A stretch of 58,395 nt of DNA, taken from assembly GCA_003599335.1 (NCBI GenBank), contig QZJN01000005.1, forward strand, positions 1 through 58,395, written 5' to 3'. The DNA comes from Candidatus Parcubacteria bacterium. GTDB taxonomy: Bacteria > Patescibacteriota > Minisyncoccia > SURF-38. Positions 16,474-25,925 of the stretch are shown here, piece by piece; the first letter of the stretch is position 1; every line of letters starts with the position of its first letter. Below the pieces are notes generated by a model that did not search any database, had not been told where the DNA came from, and saw nothing but the letters and a program-made list of their open reading frames with translations. The translations under genes were made by a program, and so were the position numbers.

Positions 16474-19064
16474 AGAGCGAAACAAAACTTCTGATTCTTG
16501 ACGCTCACGCCCTGATTCACAGGGCATATCATGCTTTGCCACCATCTTTTGTCACAAAAAGTGGCCAGTTGGTAAATGCCGTATACGGATTTACATCTGT
16601 TTTAATAAAAACCCTTCAGGATCAAAAACCAACTCATGTTGTGGCGGCTTTTGACTCAAAGCTGCCGACTTTCAGACACGAGAAATTCAAAGCTTACAAA
16701 GCACAAAGGCCAATAACGGCCGCAGATTTAACATCCCAAATCCCTTTAACAAAAAAGGTTCTCGAAGCTTTTGGCGTTCCAATTCTTGAGGCGCCGGGCT
16801 TTGAGGCCGATGATATTATAGGCGCTTTGGTTGAAAAATTTTTTGGCAAGGCCAAAATTTTAATAGTTACGGGAGATTTAGATGCTCTGCAACTTGTCAA
16901 AGATGGAGTGGAAGTTCTTACCTTTAAAAAAGGAGTTTCAGATGTTTTTATTTATGATAAAAAAGCCGTTTTTGACCGTTTTGGTTTAGAGCCTAAACAA
17001 TTGATAGATTTTAAGGCTCTTAAGGGGGATCCTTCCGATAACATTCCCGGCGTTCCTGGGATTGGAGAAAAAACAGCTTCAACGCTTCTTCAAAAATTCA
17101 AAACTATTGAAAAAATTTATGAGACAATAGAGATTCAAAATAGCGACATAAAGGATTCTCTAAAAAATAAATTAAAAGAAAATAAAGAGGTGGCTTTTTC
17201 AAGCAGAGATTTGGTCGTTTTAAAAACAGATATACCTCTTAAGGTCGAGCTTAAAGACACTGTTTTTGGGGGTCTTCAGCCAAACGAAAAAATTGAATCG
17301 CTATTCCAAGAATTCGGGTTTTTCAGTCTTTTTGAGAGACTTAATAAAAGCCAAACCAAATTCTCCAAAGAAGATGATGAGACTACACTCGGTTCAAAGA
17401 ACCAGAGTAATAAAACACGAATTTTTACTGAGGAAATCTACAAGAAGACCAAAAGGGTCCTAGTAGGCGTTTTAGAGGATGGAAGGTTTTTTATTTCCGC
17501 CAGCCCGGATGAACATTTTACTTTTGTTTTTTCTGGACTTGGCAAGATTAAAGATGTTCTCGAAAACAAAGAAGTTGAAAAGATAGGATACGATCTTAAA
17601 AAAACAAAACACGCTCTTATTAAAGAAGGAATCAATCTCGGTGGAAATTGTTTTGATGTGATGATAGCGGCTTATCTCTTGCATCCCGGGCGAAGGGATT
17701 ATCCTCTGGAAAGAATAGTTTTTCAGGAATTACGAAGACCACCCAATTCTTTGAAGTTACCCCAAGTTTTGGTTTTGGCCCTTTGGGAAATCTATGAAAG
17801 ACAATTAAAAAAACTTGAAGAAAACGATCTTAAAAAAGTCTTTTTTGAGATAGAAATGCCTTTAATTGATGTCCTTGTCAGAATGGAGGGGTGGGGAATT
17901 AAAGTTGAACTCTCGGATCTTAAAAAATTATCAAAAAAACTTAAATCACAACTCGATTTACTTGAGAATAAAATTCATAAAATCGCCGGTACCAAATTTA
18001 ATATCAATTCTCCGGCGCAACTTAGCGATATATTATTTAACAAATTAAGGATAGAAACAAAGGGTCTGCGCAAAACTCCCGGTGGCGTTATTTCCACCCA
18101 AGCCTCGGAACTTTCTAAATTGAGTCCAAACCCATTCATCGATTTGGTACTCGAATATCGGGAACTTTCTAAATTAAAAACCACTTATATTGATGCGCTA
18201 CCAAAGTTGGTGGATGTTGCAACCGGCAGGCTCCACACAAGTTTCGTTCAGACCGGCACGGCCACTGGCAGGCTTTCTTCAGAAGAGCCAAATTTACAAA
18301 ATATTCCAATCCGTTCTGAAGCGGCCCAAGACATACGAAGGGCTTTTATAGCCGAAAAAGGTTATGAGTTGGTTTCTTTTGATTACTCTCAAATAGAGCT
18401 TCGTCTGGCGGCGGCTTTCAGCCAAGACGAAAAGATGCTTGAAGCTTTTCGTTTGGGACAGGACATACACGCTCTCACGGCAGCCGAGGTTAACGGAATT
18501 CCGATAGAGAAAGTTGATGAAGAAATGCGCAGGCAGGCCAAGGTTTTAAACTTCGGTATTTTATACGGCATGGGAGCAAACGCCTTCGCGCAATCAGCCG
18601 GAGTTTCTAAAGAAAGAGCCAGAGAGTTTATTGATGAATATTTTAAAAAATTTGCAGGCGTTGCCCGTTATATAGAAGAGATAAAAGATCAGGCCCGCCA
18701 GCTTGGCTTTGTAAGGACAATAACAGGGAGGCGTCGTTATATTCCCGAAATTCACGCCCAGCATCAGATGGTTCGCTCTCAAGCCGAAAGAATTGCCGTT
18801 AATATGCCCATTCAAGGTTCCGACGCCGATATAAGCAAGATGAGCATGGTGGCTGTAGACAGAAAATTCTCCAACAGCAAAGATGTCAGGATGCTTCTTC
18901 AAATACACGACGCGCTGCTTTTTGAAATAAGCAAATCAAAAATTAAAGAAGTTGTTCCGGAAATAAAATCAATCATGGAGGGAATAATAAAGCTGCCGGT
19001 TGCCTTGAGGGTCGATGTTAAATCGGGTCCAAATTGGGGGGATGCTAAGCCATATAAAATCTGA
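16470..19064 (+). CDS. polA: DNA polymerase I
   Basis: 5'-3' exo (EADDIIG, TGDLD, GDPSDNIPGVPGIGEKTA); polymerase motifs DYSQIELR, AKVLNFGILYG, LLQIHDAL. Confidence 0.99.
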   Translation: MKSETKLLILDAHALIHRAYHALPPSFVTKSGQLVNAVYGFTSVLIKTLQDQKPTHVVAAFDSKLPTFRHEKFKAYKAQRPITAADLTSQIPLTKKVLEAFGVPILEAPGFEADDIIGALVEKFFGKAKILIVTGDLDALQLVKDGVEVLTFKKGVSDVFIYDKKAVFDRFGLEPKQLIDFKALKGDPSDNIPGVPGIGEKTASTLLQKFKTIEKIYETIEIQNSDIKDSLKNKLKENKEVAFSSRDLVVLKTDIPLKVELKDTVFGGLQPNEKIESLFQEFGFFSLFERLNKSQTKFSKEDDETTLGSKNQSNKTRIFTEEIYKKTKRVLVGVLEDGRFFISASPDEHFTFVFSGLGKIKDVLENKEVEKIGYDLKKTKHALIKEGINLGGNCFDVMIAAYLLHPGRRDYPLERIVFQELRRPPNSLKLPQVLVLALWEIYERQLKKLEENDLKKVFFEIEMPLIDVLVRMEGWGIKVELSDLKKLSKKLKSQLDLLENKIHKIAGTKFNINSPAQLSDILFNKLRIETKGLRKTPGGVISTQASELSKLSPNPFIDLVLEYRELSKLKTTYIDALPKLVDVATGRLHTSFVQTGTATGRLSSEEPNLQNIPIRSEAAQDIRRAFIAEKGYELVSFDYSQIELRLAAAFSQDEKMLEAFRLGQDIHALTAAEVNGIPIEKVDEEMRRQAKVLNFGILYGMGANAFAQSAGVSKERAREFIDEYFKKFAGVARYIEEIKDQARQLGFVRTITGRRRYIPEIHAQHQMVRSQAERIAVNMPIQGSDADISKMSMVAVDRKFSNSKDVRMLLQIHDALLFEISKSKIKEVVPEIKSIMEGIIKLPVALRVDVKSGPNWGDAKPYKI

Positions 19065-19069
19065 AATTT

Positions 19070-19990
19070 ATGCCAGAGCTTCCAGAGGTAGAAACTGTTG
19101 TTAGGGGTCTTAATAGAAAAGTCAGGGGATTGAAAATTAAAGATGTTTGGTCGGATTGGCCAAAATATTTTAAGCCTCACCTCTCGCTTTTTAAGTTTAA
19201 GAAACACGTCGTTGGTAAAAAAATAAACATAGTTCATCGAAGGGGAAAAAATATATTATTTAACCTCTCCGACGGGCATGTTCTTTTGATTCATCAAAAA
19301 ATGACAGGGCATTTACTGATTGGGAATTGGATTTACAATCCTAAAGGAGACGGTCGGACAAGAACTTCCGGATTTTGGCGACCTGTATCTCACGGTCCTC
19401 TTCAAGATCCAAGGAACGATTTTATTCATCTGATGTTTTTTTTAAACAACGGAAGACAACTTGCCCTTTCCGACGCTCGTAAGTTTGCAAAGGTTCTTTG
19501 TGGTCCAAGAGAAGAAATTTTTGGCAAGAAAGACATTTCTTCTTTGGGGCCGGAGCCTTTAGATGCCGGTTTCGCTTTTGAAAAATTCAAAGATCTTTTT
19601 AAAAATAAAAAAGGTAGGATCAAACAGGTTATAATGGATCAGAATTTTATTGTCGGTATCGGCAACATCTATTCCGACGATATTTTGTATTCAGCCAAGG
19701 TTCATCCTTTGAGTCGGGTTGAAAATCTGCCCGACAGTATCTTGAAAAAAATCTATAAAGCCACAAGGACTATCTTACAGAAGGCCATAAGACTTGGAGG
19801 CACAAGCATTGATGATTTCAGAAATATTGATGGTAAAAAGGGTTATTATGATAAGGCCAGACTTGTTTATCAGAAAGAAAAATGCCCAAAGGGTCATTTC
19901 ATAAAACGCATAAGGGTTGGCGGACGCACTGCAAGTTTTTGCTCCAAAGAACAAAGAATTTACAAAGGGCTCACGAAAAGTAAAAATTAA
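19070..19990 (+). CDS. mutM: Formamidopyrimidine-DNA glycosylase (Fpg/MutM)
   Basis: MPELPEVET, RRGKN, H.KMTG, GIGNIYSDDIL (H2TH); atypical C-terminal finger. Confidence 0.97.
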   Translation: MPELPEVETVVRGLNRKVRGLKIKDVWSDWPKYFKPHLSLFKFKKHVVGKKINIVHRRGKNILFNLSDGHVLLIHQKMTGHLLIGNWIYNPKGDGRTRTSGFWRPVSHGPLQDPRNDFIHLMFFLNNGRQLALSDARKFAKVLCGPREEIFGKKDISSLGPEPLDAGFAFEKFKDLFKNKKGRIKQVIMDQNFIVGIGNIYSDDILYSAKVHPLSRVENLPDSILKKIYKATRTILQKAIRLGGTSIDDFRNIDGKKGYYDKARLVYQKEKCPKGHFIKRIRVGGRTASFCSKEQRIYKGLTKSKN

Positions 19991-20100
19991 AGTAGGCCGT
20001 TTGAAATGCGACAAATAAAATTTTAAAAAGTTTATTAATATAAAAACAAAAGGATGGCGCTTGAAATGCAAGGAGTAAATTTTTACAAAAAATTTACAGA
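19981..20100. repeat. Degenerate 60-bp tandem duplication
   Basis: 19981-20040 vs 20041-20100 match at 41/60 positions by hand count; shared core TTGAAATGC at 20001 and 20061. Confidence 0.5.
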
Positions 20101-20121
20101 GCATATAAACATTATAAAGCT

Positions 20122-21102
20122 ATGATTTTTTTCGTTTGGGGCACCGATTCATATTTGATAAGAGAACAACTTAATCATTGGGTTGGACAATATAAGGCAA
20201 AAAATCCGTCCGGTTTTAGTGTTTCTAGATTTGACCAGAAAAATTTTGAGCCGGACGAATTTAGGTTGAGAGTTTCGGCCGTATCTATGTTTGGCGAAAA
20301 AAAGCTGATAATTTTTTCGGATGTTTTAAATAAAAAAGATTTTACCGATAAAATTTTTGAAATGCTAAGGAGATCGACAGCAGTGGAAAAAACAAACGAA
20401 GAGGTCTTTGTAATTTTCAGCGAGTACACAGAACCAACGGGAGATAAGCGTGAAGATACCAAAAAAAGAGAAATTTTTGTAAAAGAAGATCATGTTGCCT
20501 TTCTTCTCAAAAAAGCTTATAAGTCTGTGGAAGTTGAGCCTTTGCTCGGGGCCAGATTACAAAATTGGATCCTCAAAGAATTCACCAACCGCTCGGTAAA
20601 AGCCGATCAGGGGGTTATAAAATTTATGACCGAGAATCTTCCAAACGACCTTTGGTTTTTAAGCCAGGAGATAGAAAAGTTGTCTCTTTATAGTAGTAAA
20701 ATTACCTTAGGGATTTTGGCAGAAATTACGCCAGAGCATGTCTCACCCGATATTTTCAGGACGATAGATGCCTTAGCCTCACGGGATAAAAGGTTAGCTC
20801 TTAAGCTTTTGCATCAGCACTTGCAGAAGGGCGATCAGGCGATGCAGCTTTTAACGATGCTTGTGTTTCAGTTTCGAAATATATATCTCATAAAAAAATA
20901 TTCCGAGTCTAAAACGGCGATACCAAAAAACTTGGGAATGCATCCTTTTGTTCAGCAAAAGGCAAAAAATCAAGGCAAAAATTTCTCTCTTTCCGAGCTT
21001 GAGAAAATATATCAGAAACTTTTTGAAACAGACTTGGCTATAAAAACAGGACAACTTGAGCCGGAAACAGCGCTGGATCTATTTGTAACAACGGCCTGCT
21101 GA
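20122..21102 (+). CDS. holA: DNA polymerase III delta subunit
   Basis: FFVWGTDSYLI, SMFGEKKLII, L.QEIEKLSLY, DIFRTIDAL, GMHPFV.QKA, DLAIKTG. Confidence 0.92.
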   Translation: MIFFVWGTDSYLIREQLNHWVGQYKAKNPSGFSVSRFDQKNFEPDEFRLRVSAVSMFGEKKLIIFSDVLNKKDFTDKIFEMLRRSTAVEKTNEEVFVIFSEYTEPTGDKREDTKKREIFVKEDHVAFLLKKAYKSVEVEPLLGARLQNWILKEFTNRSVKADQGVIKFMTENLPNDLWFLSQEIEKLSLYSSKITLGILAEITPEHVSPDIFRTIDALASRDKRLALKLLHQHLQKGDQAMQLLTMLVFQFRNIYLIKKYSESKTAIPKNLGMHPFVQQKAKNQGKNFSLSELEKIYQKLFETDLAIKTGQLEPETALDLFVTTAC

Positions 21103-22089
21103 TTATTTTTGGATAAAAGAGGAGTTTTGGATAATCCAATCTATGGGTAGGGCCTCGGCAAATTCTCCGGATTTTCCAGCAAAAGCCAAACCAATAAGTT
21201 CGTTGTAAACATTCAAAACGGCAGATCCGGAAAAGCCCTTTTCAATCGGGGCTGAAGCTCTAAGAAGAACCGAAGAAAAAGCGTCAATCAACCCGCTTAT
21301 TCTGTTGAGCGTGAGGCTTGAAAAAAATTCAGCAGGAAAACCGGCGATCATAACCCAATCGTTTTTGATGACGATCTTTGATTGACCGATTGGTATTGCT
21401 TCAAAAGATTCTGGCAGGCTTTTGTCGTATTTTTCGCAAAGGCTTTTTGCCCCAGGATATAAGAGAAAACATTCTTTTTGACCATAGATCAACCTGTCGA
21501 TTTTTAGGAAAGCAAAATCATAATAAGGATTCATTTTGGTCGGTTCTTGTATTTGGGTTGTTGTTGCCGACCACAACAATGATGCTTGGTAGAGGTGTTC
21601 GGCCGGTTGGTTGAAATCTTTTGCAACTTTTACGTCGCAATATTTTGTTTTGTTGGTTTGTGAAGAATCTGTCCAGTCGGCCTCTATTTTTGTCGCTACA
21701 TGACGATTGGTCAAGATAATTCCTTTTTCCTTTACTATCACCCCCGATCCTCTTGTTACAAAACCACCTTTTTCGAAATGACAATCCAGGCTCACAAAAG
21801 CAAGAGGGCTAAGAGGTTTTATATTTTTTTCTATTTTTGGAGAGATTGTTGTTTGTGGGGTTGGAGCATCTTCAATAGGGGCGGTTTTATTGATTGTCGG
21901 AGTGTCTTTTATCTTTTCGTTTGAAGGTTGGTTTTGAGGCTCGGATTGCCGGAGTTTTTCTTCAGGCAGGACTTCTTGTTTTTCATTAAAGATAGAACTT
22001 TTTAAAAATAAAGACTCCATATCATTAAGGGAAAATAGTAAACCCATCCAGACAAGAACAGCAAAAAGAGCTATGTAGATAAGTTTCAT
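21103..22089 (-). CDS. Membrane-anchored trypsin-like serine protease
   Basis: GSGVIV....ILTNRHV (His), DFAFLKI (Asp), GFSGSAV (Ser); ATG at 22089 in TAATG overlap with upstream gene. Confidence 0.85.
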   Translation of the reverse strand: MKLIYIALFAVLVWMGLLFSLNDMESLFLKSSIFNEKQEVLPEEKLRQSEPQNQPSNEKIKDTPTINKTAPIEDAPTPQTTISPKIEKNIKPLSPLAFVSLDCHFEKGGFVTRGSGVIVKEKGIILTNRHVATKIEADWTDSSQTNKTKYCDVKVAKDFNQPAEHLYQASLLWSATTTQIQEPTKMNPYYDFAFLKIDRLIYGQKECFLLYPGAKSLCEKYDKSLPESFEAIPIGQSKIVIKNDWVMIAGFPAEFFSSLTLNRISGLIDAFSSVLLRASAPIEKGFSGSAVLNVYNELIGLAFAGKSGEFAEALPIDWIIQNSSFIQK

Positions 22090-22796
22090 TATTTGAATAT
22101 TTTTATCAGCCAATCAACAATTTCGTTTTCCAGATCTTTTTCTTTTATGAGCATATCTGTTCCATGCCCGACGTTTTTGAACAGTTTTGTTTGTTTTTGG
22201 GCTTTCGTCTTTTCCGATAAAATTTTTACCGACGAAAAAGAATAGGAATCTTCCTGGGAAGCAGCCAAGAGCAAAAATTGTTTTTGAGTAAGCTTTGAAA
22301 TGGCAGCCTCTATTTCTATGCCTTTATAATCTAAACCAGGAGATAAAGCGACGATTGCTTTTATGTCTGGGTTGTGGGCGGCATAATCTATGGCTAAATT
22401 AGCCCCAACAGAAGCCCCTATTAGAACAATCTTTTCTTTTGTAAAACCAATGTCTTTGAGGAATTTAATTGCCCCTAAAACATCAAGGCGGGAGAGTTGG
22501 TGTTCCTGATCAACAAATTTATTGTAGTTTAAGGGTCCTTTGGTTGAATTGGTTGATTCTCCATGACCCCGAAGATCAGTCGCCAGACAATAAAAACCAA
22601 CCTTGGTAAGTTTTTCGGCCAAAGATTTCCAGGAGGTTTTGTCCGAAGGCATCATGTGTAACATCAGGATAGCCTTTTTAATCCCAGGCTGGTCGGTCTT
22701 TGGTCGTTCGTTTTTCCCCTGGCTTTGGGTTTCTGGTTGATACCAATCGGCGACAATCTTAACGCCATCTTCGGTTTGAAAAGTTATTTTTTCCAT
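22089..22796 (-). CDS. Alpha/beta-fold hydrolase
   Basis: DLRGHGES, IGASVGAN nucleophile elbow, D and GHG; ATG MEKITFQTEDG at 22796. Confidence 0.9.
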   Translation of the reverse strand: MEKITFQTEDGVKIVADWYQPETQSQGKNERPKTDQPGIKKAILMLHMMPSDKTSWKSLAEKLTKVGFYCLATDLRGHGESTNSTKGPLNYNKFVDQEHQLSRLDVLGAIKFLKDIGFTKEKIVLIGASVGANLAIDYAAHNPDIKAIVALSPGLDYKGIEIEAAISKLTQKQFLLLAASQEDSYSFSSVKILSEKTKAQKQTKLFKNVGHGTDMLIKEKDLENEIVDWLIKIFK

Positions 22797-22895
22797 TTTA
22801 TTTTGTAGATTTATTTTAAGGGTAATCTTTTGAATTTGACAAATTTTATACAAACCCATTATTAATTATAGAGAGGTTGCCCAAAAGGAGGCGAG

Positions 22896-23030
22896 ATGAG
22901 CCAATGGCTCTCAAATCATCCGGAGGTCTGGGTGCCCGTGATCGCGGTTTTGCTGGTCGTATCAATGGTGTTTATGATACGTCGCGGCAACTCCAAACGT
23001 TCAGAGCCGCCCAACCCCTTTCGTTCTTAG
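22896..23030 (+). CDS. 44-aa single-TM microprotein
   Basis: AAGGAGG 4 nt before ATG; MSQWLSNHPEVWVPVIAVLLVVSMVFMIRRGNSKRSEPPNPFRS; TTGACA at 22836 upstream, hairpin downstream; different frame from ORF-track 22877..23086. Confidence 0.75.
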   Translation: MSQWLSNHPEVWVPVIAVLLVVSMVFMIRRGNSKRSEPPNPFRS

Positions 23031-23043
23031 GGGGTCAGCTCAA

Positions 23044-23075
23044 AGAGGGTCGTCTTAACTACAAGCCGACCCTCT
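23044..23075. terminator. Hairpin terminator between convergent genes
   Basis: AGAGGGTCG...CGACCCTCT (23044-52/23067-75). Confidence 0.75.
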
Positions 23076-23539
23076 CAAATTTTTAATAAGGCATAAACAG
23101 CAACACCAAAAGCGACAGCGACATTGAGAGATTCCTTTTTACCTCTCATTGGGATTTTTAATATTTTATCGGCTTTTTTAATAATTTCTTTTGAGATTCC
23201 TTTTACCTCGGAACCAACAACAAGCGCAATATTTTTCTTTTTAATAGTTGTTTTAAAAATATTACCAGCTTTATTTTTGGTCTCCAAGGCAATGATGTAA
23301 AACCCTTTGTCTTTTAAATTTTTTATGACCCGCGAGATTTGTTTTTGATATTCCCACTCAATAAAATTCTCGGCACCAAGGGCCGTCTTTGATATCTTTT
23401 CATGAGGTGGTCTTGGGGTTATGCCGCAAAGAAAAAGTTTTAAAACGCCAGTCGCATCTGCCGTTCTGAAAATAGAGCCAACGTTTTCGCGACTACGGAT
23501 GTTGTTTAGGATTGCTATTAAGGTTGGGCTTTTTTTCAT
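23075..23539 (-). CDS. TrmH/SpoU family RNA methyltransferase
   Basis: NIRSRENVGSIFRTADA, KTALGAE, LVVGSEVKGI, IPMRGKKESLNVAVA; ATG at 23539. Confidence 0.95.
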   Translation of the reverse strand: MKKSPTLIAILNNIRSRENVGSIFRTADATGVLKLFLCGITPRPPHEKISKTALGAENFIEWEYQKQISRVIKNLKDKGFYIIALETKNKAGNIFKTTIKKKNIALVVGSEVKGISKEIIKKADKILKIPMRGKKESLNVAVAFGVAVYALLKI

Positions 23540-23567
23540 ACTAAAATCTACATTTTTGGGGCTGTGT

Positions 23568-23595
23568 TTGACAAGAAAGGCAACCCTCCTATAAT
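23568..23595 (+). promoter_or_regulatory. Consensus sigma70 promoter (16-nt spacer)
   Basis: TTGACA (23568-73), 16 nt, TATAAT (23590-95). Confidence 0.8.
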
Positions 23596-23655
23596 AGACC
23601 CCATCAGGTGTCCAATCCAAGTCCCCAAACAGGACAAGTTCTTTCAGGAGGAAGG

Positions 23656-24084
23656 ATGGCAACAACCGTGTTTAATCCATTTGGTGTGGTAACCGGGTCG
23701 CGGAGCATCGCGATCCTCAACGAACCGATCACGATCAAGAGCGACAATCCAGATCCTCGCCATCACGAGTATCTGGCACGAATGGAAGCGACCAGGCGGC
23801 TGCAAGGGCTGATCAGCGAACGGCCAACCAGCATCGAGTTCACCTTTTCTTCTTGTTCAAACAAGGAGGGAAGGGCGCTCGTTTTCGAGCTGACCTCGGG
23901 GCGACTGGCAAAGCTGGAGCTGGATCCCCAGAATCAGCAGGCAGCCAAGCGCATGGCTTTGCAGGCTCAGGAACACCTGCGTCATTGCGAGCGGTGTCGC
24001 CTGGAAGTGAAGGCTCAAGACGTGGAACGCCTCCGTTCCAACAATGCCGGTGCCAAGACGCCATCCAAAACCCTCCTGCAATAG
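23656..24084 (+). CDS. Hypothetical protein with HxxxCxxC (ZAS-like) motif
   Basis: AGGAGG before ATG 23656; EHLRHCERC near the C-terminus; GC-richer codons. Confidence 0.8.
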   Translation: MATTVFNPFGVVTGSRSIAILNEPITIKSDNPDPRHHEYLARMEATRRLQGLISERPTSIEFTFSSCSNKEGRALVFELTSGRLAKLELDPQNQQAAKRMALQAQEHLRHCERCRLEVKAQDVERLRSNNAGAKTPSKTLLQ

Positions 24085-24197
24085 CAGGAGAGCGGTCCTT
24101 TCTTCAGTCCCTGTCTGTTACCTCCATAACAGGCAGCGGTCAAACCCAATTTCGTCCCCGCGTCGAGTTCACAAAACCCGGCGCGGTCTCTTTTTTT
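24073..24197 (+). terminator. Three tandem hairpins ending in a U-tract
   Basis: CTCCTGC-AATA-GCAGGAG (24073-90), CTGTCTGTTA-CCTCCA-TAACAGGCAG (24111-36), CCGCGTCG...CGGCGCGG (24158-86) then TCTCTTTTTTT. Confidence 0.75.
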
Positions 24198-24216
24198 GGG
24201 GACAAATTTCCAAAAT

Positions 24217-24624
24217 TTATATATTCAAAATTAACATTACGCTGTAGCGATCGGCGTGCTTGATTACCTCGGCTTTATGGTGGGAGACAGATTTTACATC
24301 TTCATCAAATATATCAACCCTTGTTCCGAGAAGTTTTCCTTCCAGATCTGTTTGGGTCAGGCTTGAAAAAATACAATCAAAATAAAACTCGTTGTTTAAA
24401 TGGGCCATTGAGAGGATTTCGTTAAGAAAATCAACAAGTAAAGAGTCAACATTCTCAGAGGAAATTTTTATTTCTCTTTGGCTTGTTGCTGTCCGAGAGT
24501 TTTCAGCGCGACTTAGTAATGAATTGATTCCTAAAAGGGCGTTACGGAAAAGCTCTCTCTGATTTTTTCCGGCTGCTTTAAGGCAAAGATCTCCTTCGTG
24601 AGGAATTATTTCAAAAGGTTTCAT
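24217..24624 (-). CDS. Archease family protein
   Basis: FEIIPHEGDL...A.G....ELF.NA, LLVDFLNEIL, VKSVSHH, ..LNI C-terminus. Confidence 0.9.
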   Translation of the reverse strand: MKPFEIIPHEGDLCLKAAGKNQRELFRNALLGINSLLSRAENSRTATSQREIKISSENVDSLLVDFLNEILSMAHLNNEFYFDCIFSSLTQTDLEGKLLGTRVDIFDEDVKSVSHHKAEVIKHADRYSVMLILNI

Positions 24625-25925
24625 TGTTTTGTATTTTTCATTTTGGCGAGGAGCTGTTTAACAACCAGCCTGTCGTCCCAGGGTATTTTTTTGCCCTGGG
24701 CCACAACCATCCAAGGCTCCGCTCCCTTGCCGGTTATTATTATTGTGTCTGTTTTTTCTGCCAATGTCAGGGCCAGTTTTACAGCTTCTTTTCTGTCTAA
24801 GACTTTCTCGGCTCTTTTTCCGAATGATTCGGCCCCTTTAGCCACCTCATCTATTATATCGCTTGGATTTTCGTCGTAGGGGTCTTCGTTTGTGACAATG
24901 ATCTGGCGGCAATATTGCGCCGCGATCTTTCCAAGTTCTTTTCGCTTCCATTTATCGCGGCCGCCTCCGGCAGAGCCAAGTACGCAAACAAGAGAACCAC
25001 CAGATGCTTTCAATGTTGAGTAAACTTTCTCCAGGGCGTCTGGAGTGTGCGCGTAGTCAACCACTACTTTGTAGGGTTTTTCAGAAACAACTTCGAGGCG
25101 CCCGGGTGCGCCAATAAATTTTTCGACAGCGGTTTTTAATGTTTTTTGATCGATCCCAATAATTTCAGCCGTAGATATTGCCGCAAGAACGTTGGAAACA
25201 TTATAGTGGCCAAGAAGGTTGGTTTGAAACTTTATGCCAGAAACTTCAAATAATGTCTTTGAACCGACCTGTTTTATGTTCTCGGCTTTCTGAAGGATAA
25301 AGTCGGGAAAACTTTTTGTTTCTTTGTTTATACTATAACCAATCTTTTGCTTTACTTTTACATTCATAAATTCTTTCCCGGCCGGGTCATCCAGGTTAAC
25401 AACGACAAAATTATTTTCAACAGCAGATTTTTCCACCGCCTTAAATAATTTAAACTTGGCCATTTTATAATTTTCGAATCCTCCATGGGCTTCCAAATGC
25501 TCCTTGGTTATGTTGGTCAAGACAGCTCCGGCAAAAGGTATGAATTCGTGGCGATGTTGTTTTATTCCCTCCGAGGTGACCTCTAAGATTATGTGGGTAA
25601 TTTTTTCTTTTACGGCTTCATATAAAAAACGCTGAACATTCATCCGACCGGGCATTGTCATTTTTAGTTCGTTTATCCATTCGCGCGACCCCAACTTGAA
25701 TCTAAGGGAAGACAAAGAAGCAACTTTGTATCCGGCGGTTTCCAGTATATGAGTAAGAAGATGGGTTGTTGTTGTTTTACCGTTGGTTCCGGTTATGCCT
25801 ATTATTTTCAACTTTTTTCCTGGAAATCCATAAATCAAGGCTCCAACAAAAGCCCATAAAAAATGATAGATCTCTAAGATCCAGGGAGGTGTAAGTTTTT
25901 TTATGAATTCTTTTAACGACGCCAC
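24621..25925 (-). CDS. murE: UDP-N-acetylmuramoyl-tripeptide synthetase (MurE-like)
   Basis: GITGTNGKTTT, LEVTSEG, TNIT.EHL..H, PGRLE, VVDYAHTPDAL, TNEDPYDE, ITGKG.E. Confidence 0.92.
   Translation of the reverse strand: MASLKEFIKKLTPPWILEIYHFLWAFVGALIYGFPGKKLKIIGITGTNGKTTTTHLLTHILETAGYKVASLSSLRFKLGSREWINELKMTMPGRMNVQRFLYEAVKEKITHIILEVTSEGIKQHRHEFIPFAGAVLTNITKEHLEAHGGFENYKMAKFKLFKAVEKSAVENNFVVVNLDDPAGKEFMNVKVKQKIGYSINKETKSFPDFILQKAENIKQVGSKTLFEVSGIKFQTNLLGHYNVSNVLAAISTAEIIGIDQKTLKTAVEKFIGAPGRLEVVSEKPYKVVVDYAHTPDALEKVYSTLKASGGSLVCVLGSAGGGRDKWKRKELGKIAAQYCRQIIVTNEDPYDENPSDIIDEVAKGAESFGKRAEKVLDRKEAVKLALTLAEKTDTIIITGKGAEPWMVVAQGKKIPWDDRLVVKQLLAKMKNTKQ

Noticed and set aside
19981-20100. Possible CRISPR mini-array (TTGAAAT core)
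   Set aside because: Only two degenerate copies, similarity spans the whole 60-nt period rather than repeat plus unique spacer, and no cas genes.
22877-23086. 69-aa ORF-track call
   Set aside because: Wrong frame: the SD-led 44-aa ORF at 22896 fits the RBS and ends before the hairpin, whereas this call runs through the terminator into trmH.
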